64,000 bases of DNA from Bacillota bacterium (GCA_022769485.1 JALEJU010000032.1:16440-80439); one strand, 5' to 3'. Positions 1-9,818 are shown, counted from the first letter of the stretch. Program-made: numbers and translations. The notes: generated by a model not told the origin, from the sequence alone.

Positions 1-309
1 TCCATGAGCGCTTTGGAAGGGCTGAAAATCAGCCCTTGGTATTATTTAAAGATAAAGTTAAGCCACGGAATCCTGGCTTCTTTTATTGCTTTTCTCCTGG
101 TTTATGTCCGGATAAGGCTGCTGCCTTCGGAAACAGGCATGGTTTTTGCACCCGTGGGAAACGGCCAGGCGATTGAAGCCGGGGGGACATTGTCGGAGTT
201 CTTTTCAAATTTAGGATTTTTCTCTCAGATGTTCTTTTCTTCTCAGGCAGTTTTGGCGGTAAGCGCTTTGCTGGGGCTTGCCGTTCTTGTAGGGAAACGC
301 AGAAAATGA
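1..309 (+). CDS. possible 3' end of a CDS entering from upstream; hydrophobic C-terminus ending LVGKRRK
   Basis: The frame is open from base 1 to the stop at 307-309. The translation ends in a hydrophobic stretch followed by a basic tail. I recognise no family. Confidence 0.25.
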   Translation, partial: SMSALEGLKISPWYYLKIKLSHGILASFIAFLLVYVRIRLLPSETGMVFAPVGNGQAIEAGGTLSEFFSNLGFFSQMFFSSQAVLAVSALLGLAVLVGKRRK

Positions 310-352
310 TAAAATCATCGGTGAAAGAAACATTCGTATAAAGGAGAGCGGC

Positions 353-1612
353 ATGGAACCTATAGTTGGGATTGTTGCAGAGTACAATCCGTTTCATAAC
401 GGACATTTATATCAACTAAGGGAAGCCAAACGCAGAAGCGGTGCGGACTGCGCCGTGGCGGTCATGAGCGGGAACTTTGTTCAGAGAGGAGCGCCGGCGG
501 CTGCGGATAAATGGGAACGAGCCGCTTCCGCAGCAGCCTGCGGCGCAGATCTTGTTTTAGAACTGCCTTTTTTTTATGCCTGTAATAGTGCGGAGCTTTT
601 TGCCGAAGGCGGAATCGGAATTTTAAGGGGGCTTGGCTGCGTTACGCATCTGTCTTTCGGCTGCGAGACTCAATGCCCGGAACTTTTAAAAGCCGCCGCG
701 GATGTTCTGGCTGAAGAACCGGCGGCGTTTCGGCAGCAGCTGCGAGTTTTTTTGGATCGGGGGGAGTCGTACCCGAAAGCCCGATGGGAAGCGCTGCGGG
801 CTGTCTGCGGGCAGAAAACGGCCTCCGTTATTGAAAGCCCTAATAACATTTTGGCGGTAGAGTATTTAAAACAGTGCATTCGTCAGGGCTGGAACCCGGA
901 ATACGTTCCGGTTTTCCGCAAGGGCGCCTCTTACGATGAGAAGCAGCTGAGTGGCGAAACGGCCAGCGCCGCGGCGCTTCGGGAAAGCTACGATGGGTTT
1001 TGTGCGGAAGATCCCGATAAACGGGATGCAGGCGCATGGAAAAAAACGATTGAGAGGTTTTTGCCGGAAATTTCTTTGGACATGCTTCTGCAAAAAGGGG
1101 CTTCCAAACAAAAACTGGAAGAAGGATTGTATCCCGTTTTAATTTCCAAAATTCTTACTGCGGCTCCGGAGGAACTGGGGGAGCTTGTATCGGCTGGGGA
1201 AGGGCTGCAGAACCGCCTGAAAAAAGCGGCTTTGCGGGCGGAGTCGATAGAGGAGTTAGTGCAGCTTGTAAAATCCAAACGTTATACGGAAACCAGAATC
1301 CGGCGTTTCCTGATTCATATCGTGTTCGGTTTGACGCAGCATGCAGAAGGTCGACATTATGCCAGAGTGCTGGCGTTCAATGCAAAAGGAGCGGCGCTTC
1401 TGAGGAAAATAAAAAAAGAAGCGTGTGCGCAGATTCCCGTTTTGACCAATGTAAATAAGGAACTGGAAAAGAACAGTCCCGTTTATGAGAGCATAAAACT
1501 GGATTTTACGGCATCGGAAATCTACCATTTAATACGGGGCGAAGCTTTGTATTCCAATTCGGATTATGTACGGAAACCGATTTTTGCGGACGAAATTGTA
1601 AAATTTGCTTGA
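353..1612 (+). CDS. tmcAL: tRNA(Met) cytidine acetate ligase (TmcAL / YlbM, UPF0348 nucleotidyltransferase)
   Basis: The N-terminus is IVAEYNPFHNGHLYQL...VMSGNFVQRG, the HxGH-type nucleotidyltransferase signature of the YlbM/TmcAL family. An AAAGGAG RBS precedes the ATG. Confidence 0.8.
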   Translation: MEPIVGIVAEYNPFHNGHLYQLREAKRRSGADCAVAVMSGNFVQRGAPAAADKWERAASAAACGADLVLELPFFYACNSAELFAEGGIGILRGLGCVTHLSFGCETQCPELLKAAADVLAEEPAAFRQQLRVFLDRGESYPKARWEALRAVCGQKTASVIESPNNILAVEYLKQCIRQGWNPEYVPVFRKGASYDEKQLSGETASAAALRESYDGFCAEDPDKRDAGAWKKTIERFLPEISLDMLLQKGASKQKLEEGLYPVLISKILTAAPEELGELVSAGEGLQNRLKKAALRAESIEELVQLVKSKRYTETRIRRFLIHIVFGLTQHAEGRHYARVLAFNAKGAALLRKIKKEACAQIPVLTNVNKELEKNSPVYESIKLDFTASEIYHLIRGEALYSNSDYVRKPIFADEIVKFA

Positions 1613-1744
1613 ATTTTCAGAAGATAGATGATAGTATATAAGGTGGAAGGATGGACTAAGGGAAACCTTCCTGTGGTTCTTTTTGCGATCAAAACAGAGT
1701 ACAGCAAACAGAAATATTATGATAGTAATAAAAGGAGATTTGAA

Positions 1745-2941
1745 GTGAAGGTATTAGTCATCAATTGCGGCAGTTCTTCGTTGAAATACCGTATTTTAGA
1801 TATGAGAACCGAAGAACTTCTTGTAAAAGGATTAGTAGAGCGAATTGCTCTGCCCGGGTCTGTGATCATACAGGAAAAACAGGGAGACCGGACGGAACTC
1901 GACTTACCGTTACAGGATCATAAGGATGCCATCAGTCATGTATTAGGACTTTTGACGGACGAAGTACACGGCGTTCTGAAATCTTTGGATGAAATCAGCG
2001 CTGTGGGACATCGCATCGTACATGGCGGGGAGCATTACTCGGAAGCCGCTTATGTTACCGATGAAGTGATCGAAGCCATCGAGCAGTGCAAAGATATGGC
2101 GCCTCTGCACAATCATGCCCATGTGCTGGGAATTCGTGCGTGCCGGGATCTCATGCCGAACACGCCCATGGTATGCGTGTTCGATACCGCATTCCATCAG
2201 ACTATGCCGCCGGAATCTTATTTATATGCGATTCCGTATGAATTTTATGAAAAGTACAAGATCAGAAGATATGGATTCCACGGCACTTCCCATGGTTATG
2301 TATCCAAACGGGCGGCGGAAATCTTAGGGAAGGATTTGAAGGATCTGAAGATGATTACCTGTCATCTTGGTAACGGCGCCAGCCTGGCGGCGATTAAAGG
2401 CGGCAAGTGTTTTGACACCAGCATGGGTCTTACTCCTCTGGACGGCTTGGTTATGGGAACCCGTTCCGGCGTTTTGGATCCGGCGATTTTGACTTTCCTG
2501 GCGGAAAAAGAAAATATGAGCGCAGAGCAGGTTTTGAACATGCTGAATAAAAAATCCGGCATTTTGGGTCTGTCCGGCATTTCCAGTGACTTCCGGGATG
2601 TGGAAGCAGCGGCGAAGGAAGGAAACGAACGAGCGCATCAGGCGCTGGACGTCTATGTTCACAGGGTAAAAGCATACATAGGTTCTTATGCTGCTGAGAT
2701 GAACGGTTTGGATGTTCTGGTATTTACAGCCGGCGTGGGCGAAAACGACAGATGGATCCGGAGCCGCATCTGCGAAAATATGGATTTCCTTGGAATCGAA
2801 CTGGATCCTGAAAAAAATCAGGTGCAGGGCGAAGAGGCGATTATCAGCACGGAGGCTTCCAGAGTAAAGATTATGGTACTTCCTACCCACGAGGAATTGG
2901 TCATTGCGAGAAGCACAAAAGAAATTGTGGAGAAGCTCTAA
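1745..2941 (+). CDS. ackA: acetate kinase
   Basis: The product starts VKVLVINCGSSSLKY and contains RYGFHGTSH and the C-terminal THEEL motif. I chose GTG 1745 because an AAAGGAGA RBS sits just upstream. The ORF-track start at 1628 adds a non-homologous extension. Confidence 0.95.
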   Translation: MKVLVINCGSSSLKYRILDMRTEELLVKGLVERIALPGSVIIQEKQGDRTELDLPLQDHKDAISHVLGLLTDEVHGVLKSLDEISAVGHRIVHGGEHYSEAAYVTDEVIEAIEQCKDMAPLHNHAHVLGIRACRDLMPNTPMVCVFDTAFHQTMPPESYLYAIPYEFYEKYKIRRYGFHGTSHGYVSKRAAEILGKDLKDLKMITCHLGNGASLAAIKGGKCFDTSMGLTPLDGLVMGTRSGVLDPAILTFLAEKENMSAEQVLNMLNKKSGILGLSGISSDFRDVEAAAKEGNERAHQALDVYVHRVKAYIGSYAAEMNGLDVLVFTAGVGENDRWIRSRICENMDFLGIELDPEKNQVQGEEAIISTEASRVKIMVLPTHEELVIARSTKEIVEKL

Positions 2942-2981
2942 CCATATACAAAATATAGGCTGTAAGAATTGGGAAAACCCA

Positions 2982-3010
2982 TTGACAAGGACATTTTTCT
3001 AATATATAAT
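2982..3010 (+). promoter_or_regulatory. sigma-A type promoter for rpmF
   Basis: TTGACA (2982-2987), a 17-nt spacer, then TATAAT (3005-3010). Both hexamers match the consensus exactly. Confidence 0.6.
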
Positions 3011-3078
3011 ACTCTACGTTCGTATGCAAAGAAACGTATTGAAATGCGATCGATTCAGGCATAAAGGAGGTGTAAACA

Positions 3079-3261
3079 ATGGCAGTTCCTAAGAGGAAAA
3101 CATCCAAAGCGAGAAGAGATAAGAGAAGATCACCGAACATGAAGATGAGTGCACCTGCGCTGTCTATCTGTCCTCAGTGTCACGAACCCAAGCTCCCTCA
3201 TAGAGTATGCCCGAATTGCAATTACTACAACGGTAAGGAAGTTGTTGCAGCGGAGGCTTAA
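3079..3261 (+). CDS. rpmF: 50S ribosomal protein L32
   Basis: [18 protein letters not shown] followed by CPQC...CPNC zinc-ribbon cysteines. An AAGGAGG RBS is present. Confidence 0.95.
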   Translation: MAVPKRKTSKARRDKRRSPNMKMSAPALSICPQCHEPKLPHRVCPNCNYYNGKEVVAAEA

Positions 3262-3264
3262 TCC

Positions 3265-3393
3265 ATGGAAATGTTTAACCAAGGCTTTGTGCTTTTCATC
3301 ATAGCCGTGGTTCTCACAATCCTGGTTTCGATTCAGATAACTCTGAATAAAATACTGAGAGCCTTGAATGAAATAAAATCTCGCAGAGAGTAA
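3265..3393 (+). CDS. unannotated 42-aa single-pass membrane peptide (MEMFNQGFVLFIIAVVLTILVSIQITLNKILRALNEIKSRRE)
   Basis: ATG 3265 lies 8 nt after a GGAGG (3252-3256) inside the end of rpmF. The peptide has one clear hydrophobic helix plus a basic tail, and a terminator follows directly. It falls below the ORF-track length cutoff. Confidence 0.4.
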   Translation: MEMFNQGFVLFIIAVVLTILVSIQITLNKILRALNEIKSRRE

Positions 3394-3397
3394 TCGA

Positions 3398-3434
3398 AGA
3401 ATCGTCTCGACGGAGGCGGTTCTTTTATTTTTTA
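3398..3434 (+). terminator. intrinsic terminator after rpmF and the small ORF
   Basis: Stem AGAATCG (3398-3404) pairs with CGGTTCT (3417-3423), followed by TTTTATTTTTT. Confidence 0.6.
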
Positions 3435-3537
3435 TTGTTTCTGAAAACATGCCGGTGTATAATAATAGAAATGTGTATGTGGATGCCTTTCGGCTGTCCC
3501 AAGCAGTGATTTGAGAAGCAACGGGAGAATAAAGGGT

Positions 3538-4404
3538 ATGAAATTAACGCAGTTATTCAAAGAAAAAACGGAAACATTATCATTTGAAGTATTTCCTCCC
3601 AAAGACGGAAAAAATTATGATTCGGTAAAATCGGCAACAGAAGAGATCGCGAAATTGAACCCGCATTATATGAGCGTGACTTACGGCGCGGGCGGCGGTA
3701 CCGGAGAATATACGGTAGAAATATCCCGGAATCTCCAGGAAAATTTCGGCGTGATATCTTTAGCGCATTTAACCTGTGTAAATTCCAAACGGGAAGTGGT
3801 CTGGGAACGGCTGCGGCAGCTTCGGGAAGCGGGCATTGAAAATATTTTAGCCCTGCGGGGTGATTTGCTTCCGGATGCGGCGGATCCAAGTGAATGGGAT
3901 TACCACTATGCGTCGGAACTGGTTTCCGAGATCCGGGAGTTCGGCGGTTTCTGCATCGGCGGCGCCTGCTACCCGGAAGGGCATGTTGAGTCGGAACATT
4001 CTAAAGATGACATCCGTCATTTAAAAGAAAAGGTGGACGCAGGCTGTCAGTTCCTTACCACTCAAATGTTCTTTGATAATAACATCTTGTATAATTTTTT
4101 ATACAGAATCCGCGAGGCGGGAATTACGGTTCCTGTGGTGGCGGGGATTATGCCCGTAACCGGCGCAAATCAAATCAAACGGATTTGCCAGTTATCCGGG
4201 ACGTATCTGCCCCAGCGGTTTAAAGCTATCGTGGATCGGTTCGGGTCGGAGCCTGCAGCTATGAAACAGGCGGGAATTGCTTACGCCACGGAGCAGATTA
4301 TAGATCTTCTGGCCAATGGGGTAAATCACATCCATATATATTCCATGAACAAGCCGGAAGTTGCGGAGCAGGTGCAGAAAAACCTGTCGGAAATTATTCG
4401 GTAA
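3538..4404 (+). CDS. metF: 5,10-methylenetetrahydrofolate reductase
   Basis: SFEVFPPK, MSVTYGAGG, LALRGD and TQMFFD motifs are typical of MetF. The start is placed at ATG 3538. Confidence 0.9.
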   Translation: MKLTQLFKEKTETLSFEVFPPKDGKNYDSVKSATEEIAKLNPHYMSVTYGAGGGTGEYTVEISRNLQENFGVISLAHLTCVNSKREVVWERLRQLREAGIENILALRGDLLPDAADPSEWDYHYASELVSEIREFGGFCIGGACYPEGHVESEHSKDDIRHLKEKVDAGCQFLTTQMFFDNNILYNFLYRIREAGITVPVVAGIMPVTGANQIKRICQLSGTYLPQRFKAIVDRFGSEPAAMKQAGIAYATEQIIDLLANGVNHIHIYSMNKPEVAEQVQKNLSEIIR

Positions 4405-4431
4405 AATAAAAGGAAATGCAAAAAGGATAAA

Positions 4432-5139
4432 ATGAGCACACCTGTTATTAAAATAAACCAAATGGAACCGGAAGCGGTAGAGATTCCGACGGAAGAGGTT
4501 CTGCGTTATCTGGGCTGCAGAGCGGGAACCCTTCAGAAAGAAGAATCCGTGGACTCTCTGAAAAAACTGGTTTCCGGGGGGATTGCGCTTTTGAAGCCCA
4601 GCCTTTCTTATAAAGCGTGTTATCTGCAAAGCCCTGTCTCTTTTTCCGAAAACGGAATTGTACGGATCGGAGGATTGGAGCTGAAAAGCAGGGGACTTTT
4701 CTGTCGGCTGGAAGGGTGTCGGGAAGCGGTTCTTTTTGCGGCGACCATCGGCGTTCAGGCAGAGCGTCTCATGCAGCGTGAAGCAAAGCTGCATCCTGCG
4801 ATGGGAATGATTTTGGATGCGGTCGGTTCTGCCGCCGTTGAAGCGTATTGTGATAGATTGGAAGAGGTTCTGCGAAGAACGGCAGAACCTGCGGGGTGGT
4901 ATCTGCGGGAGCGGTACAGTCCCGGATACGGTGATTTGTCCCTTGCGGTGCAGAATGAATTTTTACAGATTTTGGACGCGTTTCGGAAAATCGGAATCGG
5001 TTTGACCGACAGGCGGATGATGGTGCCGTCCAAATCGGTTACGGCTATTATCGGACTGAGCCGAACAAAAGAAATTGAAACGAAAAAAACCGGGTGCGCG
5101 GGTTGCGGCAATGTTGGCTGCGCATATCGAAAGGAATAA
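4432..5139 (+). CDS. stand-alone methionine synthase reactivation (AdoMet-binding) domain protein with a Cys-rich tail
   Basis: RYSPGYGD matches the RxxxGY AdoMet-binding motif of the MetH activation domain. The gene sits between metF and a metH that lacks this domain. The C-terminus is CAGCGNVGCAY. Confidence 0.75.
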   Translation: MSTPVIKINQMEPEAVEIPTEEVLRYLGCRAGTLQKEESVDSLKKLVSGGIALLKPSLSYKACYLQSPVSFSENGIVRIGGLELKSRGLFCRLEGCREAVLFAATIGVQAERLMQREAKLHPAMGMILDAVGSAAVEAYCDRLEEVLRRTAEPAGWYLRERYSPGYGDLSLAVQNEFLQILDAFRKIGIGLTDRRMMVPSKSVTAIIGLSRTKEIETKKTGCAGCGNVGCAYRKE

Positions 5140-5150
5140 CGGAGAAGAGT

Positions 5151-7616
5151 ATGAATATATTGGAAAAGGTTCGGCAGGGGTTTGTGTATTTTGACGGCGG
5201 GATGGGTACCCTTCTGCAGGAAAAAGGGTTGAGAGCGGGAGAAATCCCGGAATATTGGAATGTTACCCATCCCGAAATTATTCAGGAAATCCACGAAATG
5301 TATTTGCAGGCGGGAGCCGATATTGTAACCACCTGTACCTTCGGCGCAAATCCGCTGAAATTAAAAGAAGCCGGAAGTGAAATTTCCTTGCGGCAAATTA
5401 TAGAAGCGGCGGTGGGAAACGCGAAAAAGGCAGTGGAAACTGCGGGAAAAGGATATGTGGCTCTGGACATCGGACCTTCCGGAAAACTGATGAAGCCTTT
5501 GGGCGATTTGGAATTTGAAGAAGCGGTTTCCGCTTTCGGGGAGGCGGTGCGGATCGGAGCGGCGGCAGGAGCTGACTTGATTGCCATTGAGACTATGGCG
5601 GACACTTACGAGTTAAAAGCGGCTGTACTGGCAGCGAAAGAAAATTGCGATCTGCCGGTATTTGCAACGGTGACATTTGACCGGCAGAGCCGCATGCTCA
5701 CCGGCGCGGATCCGGAAGCCGCAGTGGCTCTTTTAGAAGGGCTGCGGGTGGACGCTCTGGGTGTTAACTGCGGATTGGGGCCGTCCATGATGAAAAGTAT
5801 TGTAGAGGAATTGACGAAATACAGTTCGCTGCCGGTAATTGTAAATCCAAACGCCGGGCTGCCTCAAATTGTGGACGGTCGTACGACCTTTGCGGTAACC
5901 CCGGAGGAATTTGCCCGGGAAATGCAGGAACTGGCGGAAGCAGGTGCGCGTATTTTAGGCGGTTGCTGCGGTACCGCGCCGGAACATATTCGCTGTATGA
6001 CCGAGCGGCTGAAGAAGATGGAAGCTGTGCCTGTAACGCCGAAAAATCGCACGGTGGTTTCTTCGTATACCCATGCGGTGACTTTCGGGGCACATCCCAG
6101 GCTGATCGGAGAGCGAATCAATCCCACCGGAAAATCGCGGCTGAAGCAGGCTCTGCGGGAACGGGATTTCGGATATATTCTGCGGGAGGGAATCGCCCAG
6201 CAGGAGGGCGGCGTGGATTTACTGGATGTGAATGCCGGACTGCCGGAAATCGACGAAACGGAAATGCTGGGCAGCATCGTAGAAGAACTGCAGGGAGTTT
6301 TGGATCTGCCGCTGCAGATCGATACGGCGGACAGCAGAGCCATGGAACGGGCTATGCGGCTGTACAACGGAAAGCCCTTGGTAAATTCCGTAAACGGAAA
6401 GCAGGAGAGCATGGACGCGGTGTTTCCTTTGGTGCAGAAATACGGCGGCGTTGTAATCGGTTTAACTTTGGATGAGGACGGAATCCCGCCCCTGGCAGAA
6501 GGGCGGTACGCTGTTGCGGAAAAAATCTATCGGGAAGCGGAAAAATACGGGATCGGCCGCAATGATATTATTATAGACCCGCTGGCGCTGACCATCAGCG
6601 CGGAATCCTCCGCAGCGGTTGAAACGTTAAAAGCTGTGCGGCTGATTAAGAACGCAGGCGGCCTGAGCAGTTTAGGCGTCTCCAATGTATCTTTCGGATT
6701 GCCCTGCCGTGACGCAGTCAACGCTACTTTTTTTGCTTTGGCATTGGAGGCGGGACTCAGTGCTGCTATTATGAACCCGAAATCCACGGCTATGCAGAAA
6801 GCATATCGCAGTTATTGCGCGCTGGCGGGACTGGACGCACAATGTGCGGAATACATTTCTTATGCGGAAGGCTGGCAGGCAGAGGCCGCTGCCTCCGCCG
6901 CAGCAGGAGGCGTCTCCGTTTCGGGTAAAGCCGATAATGAGGTGAAAGGAAGCGCGGCCGGGAATCTTTCAGATGACGGAAAAAGCGAAGGGTGCGCGGA
7001 GGAAAAGCCTTTGATGCAGGCGGTTGTACGGGGACTGCGGGATCAGGCCGCGGCGGAAGCCCGCCGGCTGGCGGAGGAAGACCCTCTGGTTTTAATTCAG
7101 GAACAGATTGTTCCGGCTTTAAATATACAGGGAAAGGGTTTTGAACAGGGAACTGTATTTTTACCGCAGCTGCTTATGAGCGCGGAAGCTGCGGGCGCTG
7201 CGTTTGACATTTTAAAAGAACGAATGGAAAAGCAGGACGAAACCATCCACGAAGGCATAGTCGTTTTGGCTACTGTAAAAGGGGACATTCACGACATCGG
7301 AAAGAACATCGTAAAGGTGCTTTTGGAAAACTACGGATTCCGGGTTTTGGATCTGGGCAAGGATGTGGCTCCGGAGCGGATTCTGGAAGCGGCGCTGGAA
7401 AACAACGCACCGCTGGTAGGGCTTTCCGCGTTGATGACCACTACCGTTCCCGCCATGGAAGAGACGATCCGGCTTTTGAGGAAAGAGGCGCCCGGATGCC
7501 GGGTTGTGGTAGGCGGCGCCGTATTAAATCAGGAGTATGCGGATCAAATGGGAGCAGACTGCTATTCTCCCGACGCAATGGAAACCGTGCGGTATGCGGA
7601 AGCGGTTTTGGGGTAG
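5151..7616 (+). CDS. metH: cobalamin-dependent methionine synthase (Hcy, pterin and B12-binding modules; no reactivation domain)
   Basis: It has an N-terminal homocysteine S-methyltransferase module (GGCCGT), a pterin-binding module, and the DxHxxG cobalamin motif (GDIHDIGKN). The start is placed at ATG 5151 (MNILEK). Confidence 0.9.
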   Translation: MNILEKVRQGFVYFDGGMGTLLQEKGLRAGEIPEYWNVTHPEIIQEIHEMYLQAGADIVTTCTFGANPLKLKEAGSEISLRQIIEAAVGNAKKAVETAGKGYVALDIGPSGKLMKPLGDLEFEEAVSAFGEAVRIGAAAGADLIAIETMADTYELKAAVLAAKENCDLPVFATVTFDRQSRMLTGADPEAAVALLEGLRVDALGVNCGLGPSMMKSIVEELTKYSSLPVIVNPNAGLPQIVDGRTTFAVTPEEFAREMQELAEAGARILGGCCGTAPEHIRCMTERLKKMEAVPVTPKNRTVVSSYTHAVTFGAHPRLIGERINPTGKSRLKQALRERDFGYILREGIAQQEGGVDLLDVNAGLPEIDETEMLGSIVEELQGVLDLPLQIDTADSRAMERAMRLYNGKPLVNSVNGKQESMDAVFPLVQKYGGVVIGLTLDEDGIPPLAEGRYAVAEKIYREAEKYGIGRNDIIIDPLALTISAESSAAVETLKAVRLIKNAGGLSSLGVSNVSFGLPCRDAVNATFFALALEAGLSAAIMNPKSTAMQKAYRSYCALAGLDAQCAEYISYAEGWQAEAAASAAAGGVSVSGKADNEVKGSAAGNLSDDGKSEGCAEEKPLMQAVVRGLRDQAAAEARRLAEEDPLVLIQEQIVPALNIQGKGFEQGTVFLPQLLMSAEAAGAAFDILKERMEKQDETIHEGIVVLATVKGDIHDIGKNIVKVLLENYGFRVLDLGKDVAPERILEAALENNAPLVGLSALMTTTVPAMEETIRLLRKEAPGCRVVVGGAVLNQEYADQMGADCYSPDAMETVRYAEAVLG

Positions 7617-7657
7617 AGCACCGCGTTAGATAAAGCCGGTATTACAGAAAACAGTAA

Positions 7658-7698
7658 GCAGCCGCAGAACTATCCGAAAAGATAGTTTCTGCGGCTGC
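7658..7698. terminator. bidirectional terminator between convergent metH and the ABC permease gene
   Basis: GCAGCCGCAGAAC (7658-7670) pairs with GTTTCTGCGGCTGC (7685-7698), with T or A runs on either side. Confidence 0.7.
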
Positions 7699-7775
7699 TT
7701 TGCGCTCCAAATCCGAAGATTACGGAATTCGGAGAACTTGAAGGAGATCCCCAAGCTCCTTTTTTCACTGTTCTT

Positions 7776-9818
7776 TTACAGTCCTAAAAAGTCCGGCATG
7801 GCGTCGAAGTAAACGTCATAGCATTCCTGCCCATCATAGGTGTTTTCTTCCTTGTAATATTCTGAGGAAGGCTCAGGCTGGCGTGCTTTTGAATACAGGC
7901 GAATGATATAATATTCATCTTTCGTGGGGAAAGATTGGCCTTGCTCTAAGATCTGCTGTATTTTTGCAGATTCGGTGATTTCGGCAAGTGTTTTTTCCGA
8001 CGAAATACCGTCTTTATCCTGCATTAGACGGATGACCTCCGCATAATCAAAATCTGCTGCTGTGACATTTATCTGTTCCCAATACCCTTTTTCTTTGAGC
8101 CAGTTGATTGTCTTTGTGCAGTATTTTGTTAACGATGCGTTGGTAGAGGAATTGGTATTGGTTTCTTTCAAATCCTCCTTGGTATAATAATCGACTGAAA
8201 TCTCACAGACGGGAAGAACCGCACCTGTCAGCTGTTCAAAGGTCATGTTTTTATAATCTTCGTTCAGACAGTCGATAAATTCCTTCACCTCTGCGGAATC
8301 CCGTATCTCAAGGGAAGAACCTACGCAGGGGAAAAGCGTAACGGAATCCAGTTTCTGCGCTTTTGTACTGACATAGAAGGACGTGACGCATTTGTATTCC
8401 TTGGATTCCATAATTTCTTTCAGCATGGGATGCCCGGCAAGAAATTCATAGCTGATCTGGGGATACGATCGGCGCATGTCAAACGGGCTGCATTTGTAAA
8501 TTAAATTCACATAGAAAGCGAAGTGATCGCCGCTGTTCTCAAACAGTTCTTTGTTCGCTGTGATAGACCGGTGGAATTCCGCCAGTCGTTTTATATTTTC
8601 GGGATCTTCCAGAGAGAAAGAATTGCCGTCGTTCCAAAAACTTCCGAAATTCGTCAGAAAAGAAGCGGAAGCAACCTTGTCGCTGTTGGGAACCCGTTTT
8701 TCGTAGCCGATGATATCCAAATTCAAAGCCAGGAAGAACAGCAGGGCAGCCAAACAGAACAGCAGAAAGCTCTTCAGGTTTTTCTTGTTAAAAATACGGG
8801 CGCTCTTCTTTACGATGATTAAACCGATGGCAAAGAAGAGAATTGCGCCGGCGGCAAAACCGAAATACATCAGCAGATTGGGCAGTTCCTCGGAATCGCT
8901 GTGCAGATACCCGAAGTAAAAGCCCAGCATGGTCATTCCCAAAAATGCGACCAGCCAGCAGACTACGGGTTCAAGAAAGCGGAACGCAATGGAATCTGCA
9001 GCGTGCTCCAATTTTCTCTTGTGGTAGAATACGGAAGAGACTGCCAGAATAATTAATCCCAGTACGAAAATGAGCCCGCCGTAAAACAGCCAATTTCCTT
9101 GGTCGGCAGCACTTCTTACAATGGGGCACAGATCTACCGTCAGCTCCCAGGAATCCCGAGTATCGTATCCGTAGAGATAGATGTCCGCATAGCAGGATCC
9201 CAGCAGATACAGCGCCGGTACAATAAAGCTTAAGCCGAAGGAGGCGAGAATCTGCATTACGGTATTTCCCGTCAAAATTCCGGCTAAAACGGACAGGGCA
9301 TAGGTAAAGAAGATCACCGCCAGGCTTACGCCCATCCAGTGCAGAATGGCTTCCGTCGTAAACACGTTCAGATCCGAATAATCGCCGATTGAACCGAAAT
9401 GAGACCATTCCGGATAAACGGGTTTATGGATTGCCAGCAGAATCAGGCCGGTCAGAAGAACCGGTATCACGCTCAGGGTTAAACCCGAAATCACATTGCT
9501 GTTAAAAAGCTTTGCGCGGGTAAAAGGCATAGCGTGCAGCGCCGTAGAGGAGCTGGTGGTCTGCAGGTAGCGGAACACATAGGCTGCGCATGCAATGGGA
9601 AGCGTTACGTTGGCGATAACGAAAAACGGCTGCTGGTTTTGCAGGCACAGGGATATGTAGCTGAACATCGGGTTCAGATCCCGGTATGTCATTAAAATGG
9701 GAAGTACACCGGACAGGAAATAGGTCAGGAATCCAAGAAGAGGAATGACCCAGAAACGCCTCATATTTTCTTTTATGAGCGTGCCGGAAACACTAAAATA
9801 AGATGTTTTTGATTTCAC
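7776..9818 (-). CDS. ABC-2-type transporter permease with a large C-terminal extracytoplasmic domain
   Basis: The first ~390 aa contain many hydrophobic helices, followed by a ~290-aa soluble tail. The gene lies downstream of, and overlaps, an ABC ATPase gene. I prefer GTG 9818 as the start because GGGAGGTGG precedes it, but ATG 9839 is also possible. Confidence 0.65.
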   Translation of the reverse strand: MKSKTSYFSVSGTLIKENMRRFWVIPLLGFLTYFLSGVLPILMTYRDLNPMFSYISLCLQNQQPFFVIANVTLPIACAAYVFRYLQTTSSSTALHAMPFTRAKLFNSNVISGLTLSVIPVLLTGLILLAIHKPVYPEWSHFGSIGDYSDLNVFTTEAILHWMGVSLAVIFFTYALSVLAGILTGNTVMQILASFGLSFIVPALYLLGSCYADIYLYGYDTRDSWELTVDLCPIVRSAADQGNWLFYGGLIFVLGLIILAVSSVFYHKRKLEHAADSIAFRFLEPVVCWLVAFLGMTMLGFYFGYLHSDSEELPNLLMYFGFAAGAILFFAIGLIIVKKSARIFNKKNLKSFLLFCLAALLFFLALNLDIIGYEKRVPNSDKVASASFLTNFGSFWNDGNSFSLEDPENIKRLAEFHRSITANKELFENSGDHFAFYVNLIYKCSPFDMRRSYPQISYEFLAGHPMLKEIMESKEYKCVTSFYVSTKAQKLDSVTLFPCVGSSLEIRDSAEVKEFIDCLNEDYKNMTFEQLTGAVLPVCEISVDYYTKEDLKETNTNSSTNASLTKYCTKTINWLKEKGYWEQINVTAADFDYAEVIRLMQDKDGISSEKTLAEITESAKIQQILEQGQSFPTKDEYYIIRLYSKARQPEPSSEYYKEENTYDGQECYDVYFDAMPDFLGL

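Noticed and set aside
121-160. LPSETG in the first partial ORF read as a sortase LPXTG sorting signal
   Set aside because: The motif has one residue too many for LPXTG. It also lies about 55 residues upstream of the hydrophobic and basic C-terminus, not directly before it.
1628-1744. Upstream extension of ackA, and similar ORF-track extensions of metF, metH, der, plsY, gpsA, spoIVA, clpB, murE and metY
   Set aside because: In each case an internal ATG or GTG preceded by a good Shine-Dalgarno sequence coincides with the conserved N-terminus of the family. The extension would also overlap the preceding gene or its terminator.
3435-3537. Possible SAM riboswitch upstream of metF, and likewise upstream of metY at 49339-49416
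   Set aside because: The leaders are only about 40-70 nt after the apparent -10 boxes, and they lack the S-box conserved segments as far as I can see. I recorded this as an absence, which needs confirmation with a covariance model.
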